DNA of 64,000 bases from Gammaproteobacteria bacterium (GCA_029881035.1 JAOUNI010000005.1:6724-70723); one strand, 5' to 3'; counted from the stretch's first letter, positions 34,201 to 43,015 are shown. Notes: generated by a model not told the origin, from the letters alone. Translations and numbers: made by a program.

Positions 34201-34680
34201 GATGAGGCAATGCTAAAGCCAGAAACTCAGGATATGTCGGCCTATGTTGATGGCATAAATAATATCAGTGAGGCTCAGCAGAAAGTGGCGGAAGCCTATT
34301 TTAAAGATGGATCAATTAATAATGCTTGTCCACCGTTGCAAGCTTTGTTACATATCATGGCTTATGGTGAATATGAAGGTAAAAAAATTGATGATCCCTC
34401 AATACGTAATATGTTTACGCGTGAATATTTAATTCAAAGTGACTGGTATCAGGAGCGTTTACGGATTAAACAGAAAAGGGATGCTGCATTATGGAAAATG
34501 AATCGGGAATATGTCGAACAAAAAATGGATGAAATGCCAGAGAATGAGACCGAAGACTGGGCTAGATTACAGGGCCGAATAGAAAAGGCAGATGAAATGT
34601 TTGAATGGGTATGCAGCCAAAGTTATTTGGAAAGTTTACAGGGTTCACTGGGTGCAGACTGGATTCATAAGGAAAACTGA
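31219..34680 (+). CDS. Large (1153 aa) soluble protein of uncertain function; tentatively PPi-type phosphoenolpyruvate carboxykinase-like
   Basis: Long uninterrupted ORF with RBS aagagagg 8 nt before the TTG start. Glycine/lysine loop VSGGGKSEISKS and a YFGYSKKEVK segment. Its size equals that of the ~130-kDa PPi-PEPCK family. The functional call is from memory only. Confidence 0.45.
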   Translation: MATVMKEEDMYVCPDRRVKDKRQIRLQNICLQLAAMGHKCQLGTEGSYLSVADSLIKNYSEFRRLFAEYRCPADQRIQDYLNNYLERNGVDIKIKLPSEVFSLNEPGLARELSLPLGGNKYKSDLLESYRVKQGVLHNPKNDRRTTSGVFHIVEGGLPIPADKKSVPVDVYANLLQIALDPPSDLMELPISGGLSKPINIWVSLLLRPIVRPEVEGVLPEKTLETRFFAPGGLVANLDFVESIFGNGGDPFLSENDAALDIDHWTGHSGCVILAPHLTKLSKKALGLPHYDDASESQREDGMCWKNDDDLYNEGNAFKIVCRDMKGVIVTIIADNYFGYSKKEVKSQISYSANLFGGVEEEHAGGAVAFPRFNLGESYLPKIEKEMLNHTFSWMCNQHKNRIEVKEEGYGVDKNWSNILYIPEDAQMDLQGQCISWKKNGEKKQIKLVAKYTYIYPSGFRVHLQKHPQAPSWRLIGTLGEGTFCHKPSTVSGGGKSEISKSIQDSMISGPVYVGNIEEDLNQVEVIFNHDYSARFINKEIKDGRKLLNKDRSLGSVIRLLTPSKTDYTDEYNEWLESIPQHIIALVYLIKRFYKHEWNGDWRRHFTVDEVNGNPGHELKFDGRKLVTSYLRVGTHSDGTWRIYKLRQDFVASTKIQTEDDISATTVVPVTQLEGLNNRYKVSSVKLVKNCERRLFQRPDDAIIRGHDKQTESDLAEEGNFISNFEPLNSSDAQELVDDAVRFQEYSAPMQKLISEAAEAEEDEYFVSSAHPRLVDGKPSQNVRYLQIRPDLADARNLYLATVGTSLSRGLSADQPVYFPVNAVLQGRRNNPQDLKAGIRPLAVYNPIHYQELPELFMELICSLTGKSPSTTGAGSEGALTKGPFNALSTTADLNNALVSYVLCGHDGFSSAAGYIGARRRVDHDISMLMPEIWCRLPVVQRQPEYLIENGYLEKLKDFTYEGKIVNASRLGYRITEKFVHSFFGKVFDNPIIVFDEAMLKPETQDMSAYVDGINNISEAQQKVAEAYFKDGSINNACPPLQALLHIMAYGEYEGKKIDDPSIRNMFTREYLIQSDWYQERLRIKQKRDAALWKMNREYVEQKMDEMPENETEDWARLQGRIEKADEMFEWVCSQSYLESLQGSLGADWIHKEN

Positions 34681-34784
34681 TTAGTTTTCAGAATATGATG
34701 ATTAGTGGTGGTGTACTTTAATTATTTGTATTAATGAATATGAGTTCACCATTAAATTTAAAGACAGTGTTGAGCTTAGGACTG

Positions 34785-35519
34785 TTAACTTGATGCTTTC
34801 CAAGCACTCAGTTTATTGTTACGAATAAGAGCTTGAATTTCTCTAACGTAGTCATGACCTCTCTCGGAATAAAGTTGTAAGCCTTTAGCGAGTTGATAAC
34901 CGGTAAGCAACTGGCCGGATTTTCTCAACTGCTCTCGTATTGCACGAAATTCTTTGTAGGCACGATTGGTATTGAGGTTGTGAATATAAGTTACGATGGA
35001 TTCTTTTATCGATTTATATTTGGCCACTTCATGGATTGCATTTTCATTTCTATCATTGGGTATTAAGCCACATCCTTTTGTGTAGCACCATTGACCAAAA
35101 TAGTTGTTAGCCTCCTGGGCAAATCGAGAACTGCCCCAGCCACTCTCTTGAGCTGCTTGAGCTATTGCCAGAGACGTAGGAACTATGTCAACTTTTTCGA
35201 GTAGAGCAGACCATTGAGTATCATCACTTGTATCAAAAGTGTCATTACCATAATATTGGCTAATGTGATTAAGCCAGCGTTGTTCACGGATGTTTAGTTT
35301 TAGTTTTTGACTTAAGTGAATTAGCTTTTGACGATCATCGAATAAAGATCGATTTTTTTCTTCAATAATAGGGCTGAGATAAGCAATAAAAGCCTGTTTT
35401 CTTTCAGCTCCAGCAGGGTAATCAAGAAAATTGATGTGCTCATCTTTAGACTTGAAAGGAAAGGCAAAAGTCAGGCTTATAGCGCTGATACATAAGGTGA
35501 AAAATATTAGAAACCGCAT
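34785..35519 (-). CDS. Glucosaminidase-domain protein (Bax-like, exported)
   Basis: Signal peptide plus the ..AIAQAAQESGWGSSRFAQEANNYFG.. motif of the mannosyl-glycoprotein endo-beta-N-acetylglucosaminidase family. Confidence 0.8.
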   Translation of the reverse strand: MRFLIFFTLCISAISLTFAFPFKSKDEHINFLDYPAGAERKQAFIAYLSPIIEEKNRSLFDDRQKLIHLSQKLKLNIREQRWLNHISQYYGNDTFDTSDDTQWSALLEKVDIVPTSLAIAQAAQESGWGSSRFAQEANNYFGQWCYTKGCGLIPNDRNENAIHEVAKYKSIKESIVTYIHNLNTNRAYKEFRAIREQLRKSGQLLTGYQLAKGLQLYSERGHDYVREIQALIRNNKLSAWKASS

Positions 35520-35557
35520 TGTCTTAGATAAGGACCTCCCTGTCCATAATATGTCTT

Positions 35558-35893
35558 TTAGCTGCAGCCTTTTGGACGTGGCAGACCAGCAATTTTATTA
35601 GCGCATTTGATTAAACCTGTAGGAAACAGTGAGTAGATGTATTTTTGATCACTGCGATCCTTGCCAAATTTATTTTTCATGATTTTAGAAAAATTACGCG
35701 GTTCACAGACAGCACCATTTTCAATAAAGTATTCACGGGCTGTATTGATGATGTCCCAGTGTTCAGGGGTTAATTCTTCAATTTTTTCATTTTTTGATAT
35801 TTCAACGGCGAGTTCTTCGCTCCATTCATCAAGATTTTCCAACCAGCCTGCCTCACTTAGCTGGATGATCTTGCCATTAACTTCTGCTTGCAT
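35558..35893 (-). CDS. TusE/DsrC/DsvC-family sulfur-relay protein
   Basis: 111 aa. The C-terminal arm ..LFPTGLIKCANKIAGLPRPKGCS has the penultimate-position cysteine typical of the family. Confidence 0.85.
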   Translation of the reverse strand: MQAEVNGKIIQLSEAGWLENLDEWSEELAVEISKNEKIEELTPEHWDIINTAREYFIENGAVCEPRNFSKIMKNKFGKDRSDQKYIYSLFPTGLIKCANKIAGLPRPKGCS

Positions 35894-36027
35894 AACGTGG
35901 TACCTTTTAAATAACCTAGTAATTTGATCAAGTATTATATACGCATTCTAAATATAATAAAACAGTAATTTAATTATGGTTATATGAGCCCGATTAAACT
36001 AAGTAGTTCCATAACATTAAGTTGATG

Positions 36028-36570
36028 TTATCTGGCGAGTTGTTGTTCGATTTTGTCGCGTTTTGTTCTTCCTTCTAGTTGCTCAATGAGTAATAGTGCA
36101 AAGTCCATGGCGGTGCCTGGCCCACGAGAGGTGATAATTTGGCCATCAATTTCAATGGCGCTTGTCCGAACATCGAGTTGTGGGTATTCATCAAGGGCAC
36201 CAGGATAACAGGTAACACGTTTACCCTCGAGTAATCCTGCTGCCGCCAGTACTTTGGGGGCGGCACAAATGGCTGCTATTAGTTTTTTATTGGTAACATG
36301 TTGTTTTAAAAGCGCCTGTAGAGTGGGGTCATCACGCAAATAATTGGCGCCTGGCAGGCCTCCCGGCAAAACGATCAAGTCGAATAATTCGTTTTTTATA
36401 GCATTGATATTGGTATCAGGAATGATGTGAGTACCGCGAGAGGCAACTACAACCTGATCATCTAGTCCGGCTGTGGTGACATTAACGTCAGCTCTGACGA
36501 GTAAGTCGGTAATAGTAATGGCTTCAAGTTCTTCACAGCCCTGAGCAAGTGGTACCAGTGCACGTGACAT
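36028..36570 (-). CDS. yajL: DJ-1/PfpI family protein (YajL-like)
   Basis: Start set at MSRALVPLAQGCEELEA... Nucleophile elbow ..AAICAAP... Confidence 0.88.
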   Translation of the reverse strand: MSRALVPLAQGCEELEAITITDLLVRADVNVTTAGLDDQVVVASRGTHIIPDTNINAIKNELFDLIVLPGGLPGANYLRDDPTLQALLKQHVTNKKLIAAICAAPKVLAAAGLLEGKRVTCYPGALDEYPQLDVRTSAIEIDGQIITSRGPGTAMDFALLLIEQLEGRTKRDKIEQQLAR

Positions 36571-37339
36571 GGTTTTCATTACCTCGTAGTTCAAGTAGTT
36601 TAGAGACGGGAACTAATTCAATGCCATTTTCGGCTAGTTTGTCCAGATTTTGTTTTAGGAATGCCAGTGTTGACGGATGAGGATGTGCAATAGCGATAGC
36701 ATAGCCCTGCTTTTTAGTGATGGCGATAAAATGATCGAATTGTATGCGAATGGTTTCAGGTTTGAAATCAGGATCAAGAAAAACATCACGTTCAAGATTT
36801 GGAATTTGATAATTAGTGGCAGCTTCAGTGACGACAGACTTATTACTGGTGCGGCTGTCGATAAAATATAGGTTATCAAGATGGGATATTTCAGCCATCA
36901 GCCAGTCCATATGGCCAGGATGTTGGGTTAACAGGCTACCCATGTGGGTGTTTATGCCGCTGATATAGGGTACAGAGGCAATATTTTCTTTTAGCTGCCG
37001 TGTGAACTGCTGTCGCGTCATATGTAGTTTGAGTGTGCCGGGGGAGGACTTGTGGTGCTCAACTGATTGCAATGGCAGATGCAACATGACTTCTTTGTGG
37101 TTGTAATGGGCTTGAGTTGCTAATTGGTTGGCAAATTTGGTTTGCGGAAGAATGGCAAGTGTAATAGGTGCTGGGAAATTAATAATAGTCTGGCCGTGCT
37201 CATAGCTGTTACCAAGATCATCAATGATGATGCTGGCAACTTTAGCGGCTTGAGTGGTAGAAAAAATACCAAATAAAGTAAAGAAAAGTAAAAAATGCCC
37301 AGCGTATATTCGATAGCGCTCTCGATTATAGCCGAGCAT
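36533..37339 (-). CDS. yibQ: Divergent polysaccharide deacetylase family protein (YibQ-like)
   Basis: Signal peptide and ..IIIDDLGN.. / ..NTHMGS.. motifs. Sits in envC-ctpA-yibQ synteny. Confidence 0.85.
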   Translation of the reverse strand: MLGYNRERYRIYAGHFLLFFTLFGIFSTTQAAKVASIIIDDLGNSYEHGQTIINFPAPITLAILPQTKFANQLATQAHYNHKEVMLHLPLQSVEHHKSSPGTLKLHMTRQQFTRQLKENIASVPYISGINTHMGSLLTQHPGHMDWLMAEISHLDNLYFIDSRTSNKSVVTEAATNYQIPNLERDVFLDPDFKPETIRIQFDHFIAITKKQGYAIAIAHPHPSTLAFLKQNLDKLAENGIELVPVSKLLELRGNENHVTCTGTTCSGL

Positions 37340-37353
37340 TTAAATGTAGCTTA

Positions 37354-38679
37354 TTACGATTTGTGGCCTAGGATAGTGAGGCCTTTTAATAAGACCAGTG
37401 CTTCGTGTAGTTGATAATCGTCGGCGGCCAGGACTTTTTTGTTTTTATCCGATTCTTTCTTCGCCTCAATGTCCTTTTTAATTTCTTCATCAGTTTTATC
37501 TGGATTGGTGATGTGATTGCCGAGGTCAGCTTCTTTCAGGCGCGCGAGATTATCAGTTTCGGTTTCAGTCACTTTGAAATCACCTAGTGCGATATCAGGT
37601 GTGATACCTTCACCCTGGATGGAGCGTCCTGATGGCGTGAAGTAACGTGCAGTGGTAATTTTAACGGCACCACCGCTACGTAATTCTTGAATAGTTTGAA
37701 CGGAGCCTTTGCCGAAAGATTTGCTACCCATGATCACGGCACGGTGGTGATCCTGCAGAGCGCCAGCAACAATTTCGGAAGCTGAAGCTGAGCCGCCATT
37801 GATCAAGATAACGATAGGCGAATTATTCATCACATCACCAGGTTTGGCATTAAATTCAAACTTGGAGTTTTCAATACGACCTTCAGTATAAACTAGCTTG
37901 CCTTTGTTAATGAACATATCAGAGACATCGGCAGCAGCATTGAGTACACCGCCGGGGTTATTACGTAGATCTAGCACTAGCCCCTTGAGTTCATCACCGA
38001 ATTCTTTTTTCAGTGAATTGATGGCTTTGAGTAAATCATTAGGTGTTTTAGATTGGAAGTTAGTAATGCGGACATAGCCAAAACCGGGTTCAAGCATACG
38101 GCTTTTGACGCTGTCAACTTTGATAATGTCACGGGTGACGACAATGACCAGTGGTTTGTCCTGACCTTTGCGGACGATGGTAAGGGAGATATTGCTACCG
38201 GGTTTGCCACGCATCAGATTGACCGCATCATTCAGACTCATGCCTTTAACCGATTTGTCATCCAGTCGAACAATTAAATCACCAGCTTCGATACCAGCTC
38301 TAAATGCTGGCGTATCATCGATAGGCGATATAACCTTAACAAAGCCATCTTCCATGCCAACCTGGATGCCTAGTCCACCAAATTGTCCGGTGGTGCCAAT
38401 TTGTAATTCTTTATATTCATCAGGATTGAGGTAGGTTGAATGAGGGTCAAGACCTGATAGCATGCCTTTGATAGCATTTTCAAGTAGAGTTTTATCCTCT
38501 ACATCTTCAACGTAATCAGATTTGATGCGTGAAAAAATATCTGAAAGATTACGTAACTCATTAAGTGGTAATCCGTTAGTTGGTTCTTTAATAGCGAACA
38601 CGCTGCCAGTAATTGATGCCGAAACTCCAATGAAAATTCCTAGAGTTAATAGCAGTGCGGTCTTGAATTGTTTACTCAT
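37354..38679 (-). CDS. ctpA: S41 carboxy-terminal processing peptidase
   Basis: PDZ segment plus ..GGSASASEIVAGALQD.. and ..SFGKGSVQ.. catalytic motifs. Confidence 0.93.
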   Translation of the reverse strand: MSKQFKTALLLTLGIFIGVSASITGSVFAIKEPTNGLPLNELRNLSDIFSRIKSDYVEDVEDKTLLENAIKGMLSGLDPHSTYLNPDEYKELQIGTTGQFGGLGIQVGMEDGFVKVISPIDDTPAFRAGIEAGDLIVRLDDKSVKGMSLNDAVNLMRGKPGSNISLTIVRKGQDKPLVIVVTRDIIKVDSVKSRMLEPGFGYVRITNFQSKTPNDLLKAINSLKKEFGDELKGLVLDLRNNPGGVLNAAADVSDMFINKGKLVYTEGRIENSKFEFNAKPGDVMNNSPIVILINGGSASASEIVAGALQDHHRAVIMGSKSFGKGSVQTIQELRSGGAVKITTARYFTPSGRSIQGEGITPDIALGDFKVTETETDNLARLKEADLGNHITNPDKTDEEIKKDIEAKKESDKNKKVLAADDYQLHEALVLLKGLTILGHKS

Positions 38680-38851
38680 TAAAAACTCCGTACTTGAGAA
38701 AGCCGGTTATAAATTAAAATATAAATCCAGTATATCTGGATCGTAGTTACAGTGGTTCGAACTATAGCACCATTAGAGCATGTGCCGACCATAGGGTTCC
38801 CTATTTTGTGGGCCATATTGTAGCAATGTGCCGACTAACGGGATACGCCAG

Positions 38852-40030
38852 TTATGTTTTATGTGAACACCATTGATAAGGATCAATAGGCTTGCCACGT
38901 GAGCGTATTTCAAAATAAAGTCCTGGATCTGGTTGTCCGCCGCTATCGCCGGTGGTGGCGATAACGTCACCCGCATTGACCCAGTCTCCAGCTTGTTTGA
39001 ACAGGGTTTCATTGTGGCCATACAGGCTCATGTAACCGTCACCATGATCAATGATGATAATAAAGCCATAGCCTTGAAGCCAGTCTGAGAAGGCAATACG
39101 GCCATGGCTAATTGAATGAACCGGGTTTCCATAAGAAGAGCCGATGAGTACCCCATTCCATTTTAAATCACCCTGATTGCGGCTTTGCCCGTAACGAGCG
39201 AGAAATGGGCCTTGAACAGGCCAGGGAAGATGGCCTTTCTGCTGCTTGAAAGGTTTTTTTTCATCGGGGGCAGTGGGAATATCAGCCAGTAATTGACCTA
39301 GAGAGCGCAGCAAGTCTTCAATTTTATTTCTGCTAGATTCAAGCCCGGTCAATGTTTGTTCCTGATTGGCAATTTTTTCATTGAGTTGAGTAAGGAGTTG
39401 ATTGCGCTTAAGTCTTTGTTTTTGGAGAGAACGTGTTTGTTTTTTGCGAGATTCGAGGGCTTCTTTTTGGGTGTTGAGGCTTTGTGCTAATTCTTGTTCC
39501 TGTTGTTGTTTGCTTTCGATTGATTGTATAAATAACTTAATTTCAGTTTCTCTTGCTTTGTTAAAGTAATCAAAGTAAGCCTGTATACGGCCTAATTCAG
39601 CAGGATCTTGTTGATTTAACAGCATTTTTATATTTTGTTGAGCGCCAAGGGCGTAAGCCGCTCGTAGCTGTTCACTAAGAATGAATTTCTGTTTCTGTAA
39701 TTGGCGATTGAGTAGGCTGAGATTATTTCTAAGTTGAGAAATAAGAGTATTTGTAGATTTTATTGTAGTTTCGGTTTGTTTTAGTGCAACAGCATTGCGG
39801 CTAATTTCGCTTTCAAGTTGCTGTAATTCGGTCAGAGTGTGTCCGCGATGGCTTCGGGTATCTTTTAAATGTTCCTGAATTTTGAGGATGCTTTTTTGTA
39901 ATCGATCGAGTTTTTGTTGATAAACAGGAATACCAGATTCATTGGCTGCATTTGCGGTAACTGGTTGATTAATAAGTATAATTAATAAAGTAAAGGCTGT
40001 ATAGATGGACTTTTTCTTTAGTGTGATCAT
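38852..40030 (-). CDS. envC: Murein hydrolase activator EnvC (coiled coil plus degenerate M23/LytM domain)
   Basis: Start set at MITLKKKS.. (signal peptide). Long Q/L/E-rich coiled coil. C-terminal LytM fold ..GLYFEIRSRGKPIDP. Confidence 0.9.
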   Translation of the reverse strand: MITLKKKSIYTAFTLLIILINQPVTANAANESGIPVYQQKLDRLQKSILKIQEHLKDTRSHRGHTLTELQQLESEISRNAVALKQTETTIKSTNTLISQLRNNLSLLNRQLQKQKFILSEQLRAAYALGAQQNIKMLLNQQDPAELGRIQAYFDYFNKARETEIKLFIQSIESKQQQEQELAQSLNTQKEALESRKKQTRSLQKQRLKRNQLLTQLNEKIANQEQTLTGLESSRNKIEDLLRSLGQLLADIPTAPDEKKPFKQQKGHLPWPVQGPFLARYGQSRNQGDLKWNGVLIGSSYGNPVHSISHGRIAFSDWLQGYGFIIIIDHGDGYMSLYGHNETLFKQAGDWVNAGDVIATTGDSGGQPDPGLYFEIRSRGKPIDPYQWCSHKT

Positions 40031-40193
40031 GGATATAAATGTATTTATAGTCAGCAAAAACGAGGCCTTTGTAGGGATTAAAGGTTATTTTTTTATATTG
40101 TATATGTTCGGTGCATTTTTTATAAATAATGTGTATTATTGTATTGGTTTTTAATTATATAGTTATAGATCAACGCAGAGGTCGAGATAGCTC

Positions 40194-40529
40194 ATGGTAG
40201 AAAATTCAGAAGATCCATTATTGATGACTCGTGAAGAGGATATTAACCGCGCGTCACGTTCGTTGAAAGCGATGTCACATCCGCTTCGTTTAAAAATACT
40301 TTGCACACTGGTTGATAAAGAAGTGAGTGTACAGGATATCGTAGATGCGGTGGGCACTTCACAGAGTAACATCTCCCAGCATCTGGCCATTTTACGGGAT
40401 AAAGGTATTCTGGCTTCGCGTAAGGATGCTAATAAAGTATTTTATCGTGTAGGTGATACACGTACATTGCGCTTGATAGGCATGATGCAGGAAGTATTTT
40501 GTTCTGCGGGCATAAAATTGGGCGAATAA
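40194..40529 (+). CDS. ArsR/SmtB-family regulator with BigR/SqrR-like two-cysteine pattern
   Basis: wHTH ..SQSNISQHLAILR... The only two cysteines are at residues 37 (KILCTL) and 103 (VFCSAG), 66 residues apart. Followed by a rhodanese gene after a 13-nt gap. Confidence 0.7.
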   Translation: MVENSEDPLLMTREEDINRASRSLKAMSHPLRLKILCTLVDKEVSVQDIVDAVGTSQSNISQHLAILRDKGILASRKDANKVFYRVGDTRTLRLIGMMQEVFCSAGIKLGE

Positions 40530-40542
40530 GAAAGTATATTAT

Positions 40543-40971
40543 ATGGAACAGATGTTTGAGTTTGTAGGTAACCATCCATATCTGTGGATAGGTTTAGCGG
40601 TAGTGTCAATGATGTTGATAAAAACCGAGTATGAGACACGGACGAGTCAATCGGTACAGATTATCCCCATGAACGCGATTCGACTAATCAATAACAATGA
40701 TGATGCTTTGATTATTGATGTGCGCGAGAGCTCCGAATTTGCCAAAGGGCATATTAAAGGCGCAATCAATCTGCCTTTATCCTCATTTAAAGACAAACTA
40801 TCCAGCATTTCGAAATCTAAGGACACGGCAGTACTAACTTACTGCAACAGTGGGGCTACATCAGGTAAGGCCTGTCGATTGTTAACGCAGGCGGGGTTTA
40901 GCAATGTACATAATATTGCTGGAGGCATAAATAACTGGCTGGAAGCCAAGCTGCCTATAACAACAAAATAG
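40543..40971 (+). CDS. yibN: Membrane-anchored rhodanese-domain sulfurtransferase (YibN-like)
   Basis: N-terminal TM helix and active-site loop YCNSGATS. Sits in yibN-secB-gpsA synteny as in enterobacteria. Confidence 0.85.
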   Translation: MEQMFEFVGNHPYLWIGLAVVSMMLIKTEYETRTSQSVQIIPMNAIRLINNNDDALIIDVRESSEFAKGHIKGAINLPLSSFKDKLSSISKSKDTAVLTYCNSGATSGKACRLLTQAGFSNVHNIAGGINNWLEAKLPITTK

Positions 40972-41025
40972 TTTTTATTTAATTGGGTGCTGAGATTTGA
41001 CGCACCATTCTAGAGTGGAATTTTT

Positions 41026-41502
41026 ATGACAGAAGAAAATCAACAGGCTACTGAGCAGCAGTTTGCAATCCAGAAGATTTATTTAAAAGATGTTTCATTT
41101 GAGTCGCCAAATGCGCCAGATGTTTTTGCTGATGGTGAATGGAAGCCAGAGATTAATGTTCAACTAAATAGTTCTCATAAAGCGATTGCTAAGGATGTTT
41201 ATGAGGTGATTTTAAATATTACAGTGACGGCCAAACAAAAGGAAAAAACAGCATTTCTTGTTGAAGTTAAACAAGCGGGCTTGTTCACCATGTCAGGTTT
41301 CCCTGAAGAAAACATTGCTGGGATGCTGGGCGCGTACTGTCCGGAGGCTTTATTTCCATTTGCTAGAGAAGCCGTGGCAGATTTTGTCAATAAAGGCGGA
41401 TTCCCGCCATTATTGTTGGCCCCGATCAATTTTAATGCAGTATACATGCAGCAGGTGCAACAGCAGCAAGCGGCCGCAGGTGTGCAGGAAACGGCACACT
41501 AA
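41026..41502 (+). CDS. secB: Protein-export chaperone SecB
   Basis: ..FAIQKIYLKDVSFESPNAP.. N-terminus and an acidic/Q-rich tail. Confidence 0.95.
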   Translation: MTEENQQATEQQFAIQKIYLKDVSFESPNAPDVFADGEWKPEINVQLNSSHKAIAKDVYEVILNITVTAKQKEKTAFLVEVKQAGLFTMSGFPEENIAGMLGAYCPEALFPFAREAVADFVNKGGFPPLLLAPINFNAVYMQQVQQQQAAAGVQETAH

Positions 41503-41505
41503 TTA

Positions 41506-42528
41506 ATGACAGTTGATAATCAACAAGATCCCGGGCCGGTTACTGTCTTAGGAGCGGGTTCTTGGGGCACTGCATTGGCTATACATATGGCCAATGCAGG
41601 TTCAGAAGTTACCCTGTGGGGTAATGAGCCTGATCACATGGAGCGCTTGCAGCAGCAACGTTGTAACCAGCAGTTTCTGTCTGGGATTGCTTTTCCCGAT
41701 ACATTAAAAATTCAGGCCGACCTTGAGCAGGCACTGAAATCAGCCAGCTGGATTTTGTTAGCGATTCCCAGTTATGCATTCCGCCCCTTTTTAGCTAGAG
41801 CTTCTGCGTTAATTGATAAAGACACCGCTGTGACCTGGGCCAGTAAAGGGCTTGAGGAAGGCACGGGCAAATTATTACATCAAGTAGTTAAGGAAGAGTT
41901 GCCGCAATGTTCAAAATTTGCTGTTATTTCCGGCCCTACATTTGCTCGAGAAGTGGCACAGGGCATGCCTACGGCTATTACAGTGGCTTCGGAATCAGAG
42001 TCACTGGCAAATAAAATTAGCCATTGCTTGCATCATGGTAATTTTCGAGCTTATACCAGTGATGATGTTATTGGTGTTGAATTGGGCGGTGCACTAAAAA
42101 ATGCTTTAGCGATTGCTTCGGGAATAGCTGACGGTTTGGGTTTTGGTGCCAATGCAAGGGCTGCATTGATTACTCGTGGTCTGGCTGAGTTAATGAGACT
42201 GGGTGTGACTATGGGTGGCCGTCAGGAAACATTTATGGGCCTGGCAGGTATGGGTGATCTGGTTTTAACCTGCACAGACAATCAATCTAGAAATCGCAGA
42301 ATGGGGCTCAAGTTGGCAGAAGGTTTATCAAAGGAGCAGATAAAAAAAGATATTGGCCAAGAAATAGAAGGTGTGAGAACGGCACGTGAAGCCATGCAAC
42401 TAGCTAAAAAGTATCAGGTAGAGCTGCCAATTATTGAGCAGGTGTACAGGGTTTTATATGAAGGGCTTTCACCGCAGGAAGCGGTTAAATATTTACTCGA
42501 AAGAAAACCTACTTCAGAAATACACTAG
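41506..42528 (+). CDS. gpsA: NAD(P)H-dependent glycerol-3-phosphate dehydrogenase
   Basis: VLGAGSWGTALA dinucleotide fold and ..GALKN..AIA.G.. motif. Confidence 0.96.
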   Translation: MTVDNQQDPGPVTVLGAGSWGTALAIHMANAGSEVTLWGNEPDHMERLQQQRCNQQFLSGIAFPDTLKIQADLEQALKSASWILLAIPSYAFRPFLARASALIDKDTAVTWASKGLEEGTGKLLHQVVKEELPQCSKFAVISGPTFAREVAQGMPTAITVASESESLANKISHCLHHGNFRAYTSDDVIGVELGGALKNALAIASGIADGLGFGANARAALITRGLAELMRLGVTMGGRQETFMGLAGMGDLVLTCTDNQSRNRRMGLKLAEGLSKEQIKKDIGQEIEGVRTAREAMQLAKKYQVELPIIEQVYRVLYEGLSPQEAVKYLLERKPTSEIH

Positions 42529-42541
42529 TCAGTTTCAGGTG

Positions 42542-43015
42542 TTATTTCAATCCCCTAAAATTGTTTTGGCGTAAAGCTTCATATACAACAATAGCAGCAG
42601 TATTTGATAAGTTCAGGCTGCGACTATTTTCAAGCATCGGAAGTCGAAGAATATTCTCCTGAGCCAGGCTAGCGAGATACTCCTGAGGCAGTCCGCGCGT
42701 TTCAGGGCCAAATACCAGAGAGTCTCCCGGTAAAAAATTAATATCACTGTAATTTTGTGTGCCCCGCGTTGATATGGCGTAGATTGAGCCGGGGCTGGTA
42801 TCAGCCAGTTTTGAAATGAGCTCTGGCAATGAAGGGTGTATCTGTACATCGGCCCATTCATGATAATCAAGGCCGGCGCGGCGCAGTTTTTTATCATTAA
42901 GATCGAAACCTAGCGGTTCGATAAGGTGCAAATGACAGCCCGTGTTGGCGCATAATCGAATAATGTTGCCGGTATTGGGTGGGATTTCTGGCTGGTATAA
43001 AACAATATTGAACAT
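42542..43015 (-). CDS. trmL: tRNA (cytidine/uridine-2'-O-)-methyltransferase TrmL (SpoU family)
   Basis: Start set at MFNIVLYQPEIPPNTGNIIRLCANTG. SPOUT knot motifs at the C-terminus. Confidence 0.9.
   Translation of the reverse strand: MFNIVLYQPEIPPNTGNIIRLCANTGCHLHLIEPLGFDLNDKKLRRAGLDYHEWADVQIHPSLPELISKLADTSPGSIYAISTRGTQNYSDINFLPGDSLVFGPETRGLPQEYLASLAQENILRLPMLENSRSLNLSNTAAIVVYEALRQNNFRGLK

Noticed and set aside
36533-36594. Overlap of the yibQ 3' end with the DJ-1/yajL 5' end as a sign of a frameshift or pseudogene
   Set aside because: Moving the yajL start to the conserved MSRALV.. methionine (36570) leaves a 38-nt overlap. Both proteins are full length with intact motifs, so there is no evidence of disruption.
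38773-39021. 82-aa ORF overlapping the 3' end of envC
   Set aside because: It lies in a different frame of the same strand within the conserved LytM domain of envC, with no independent signals. It is spurious.
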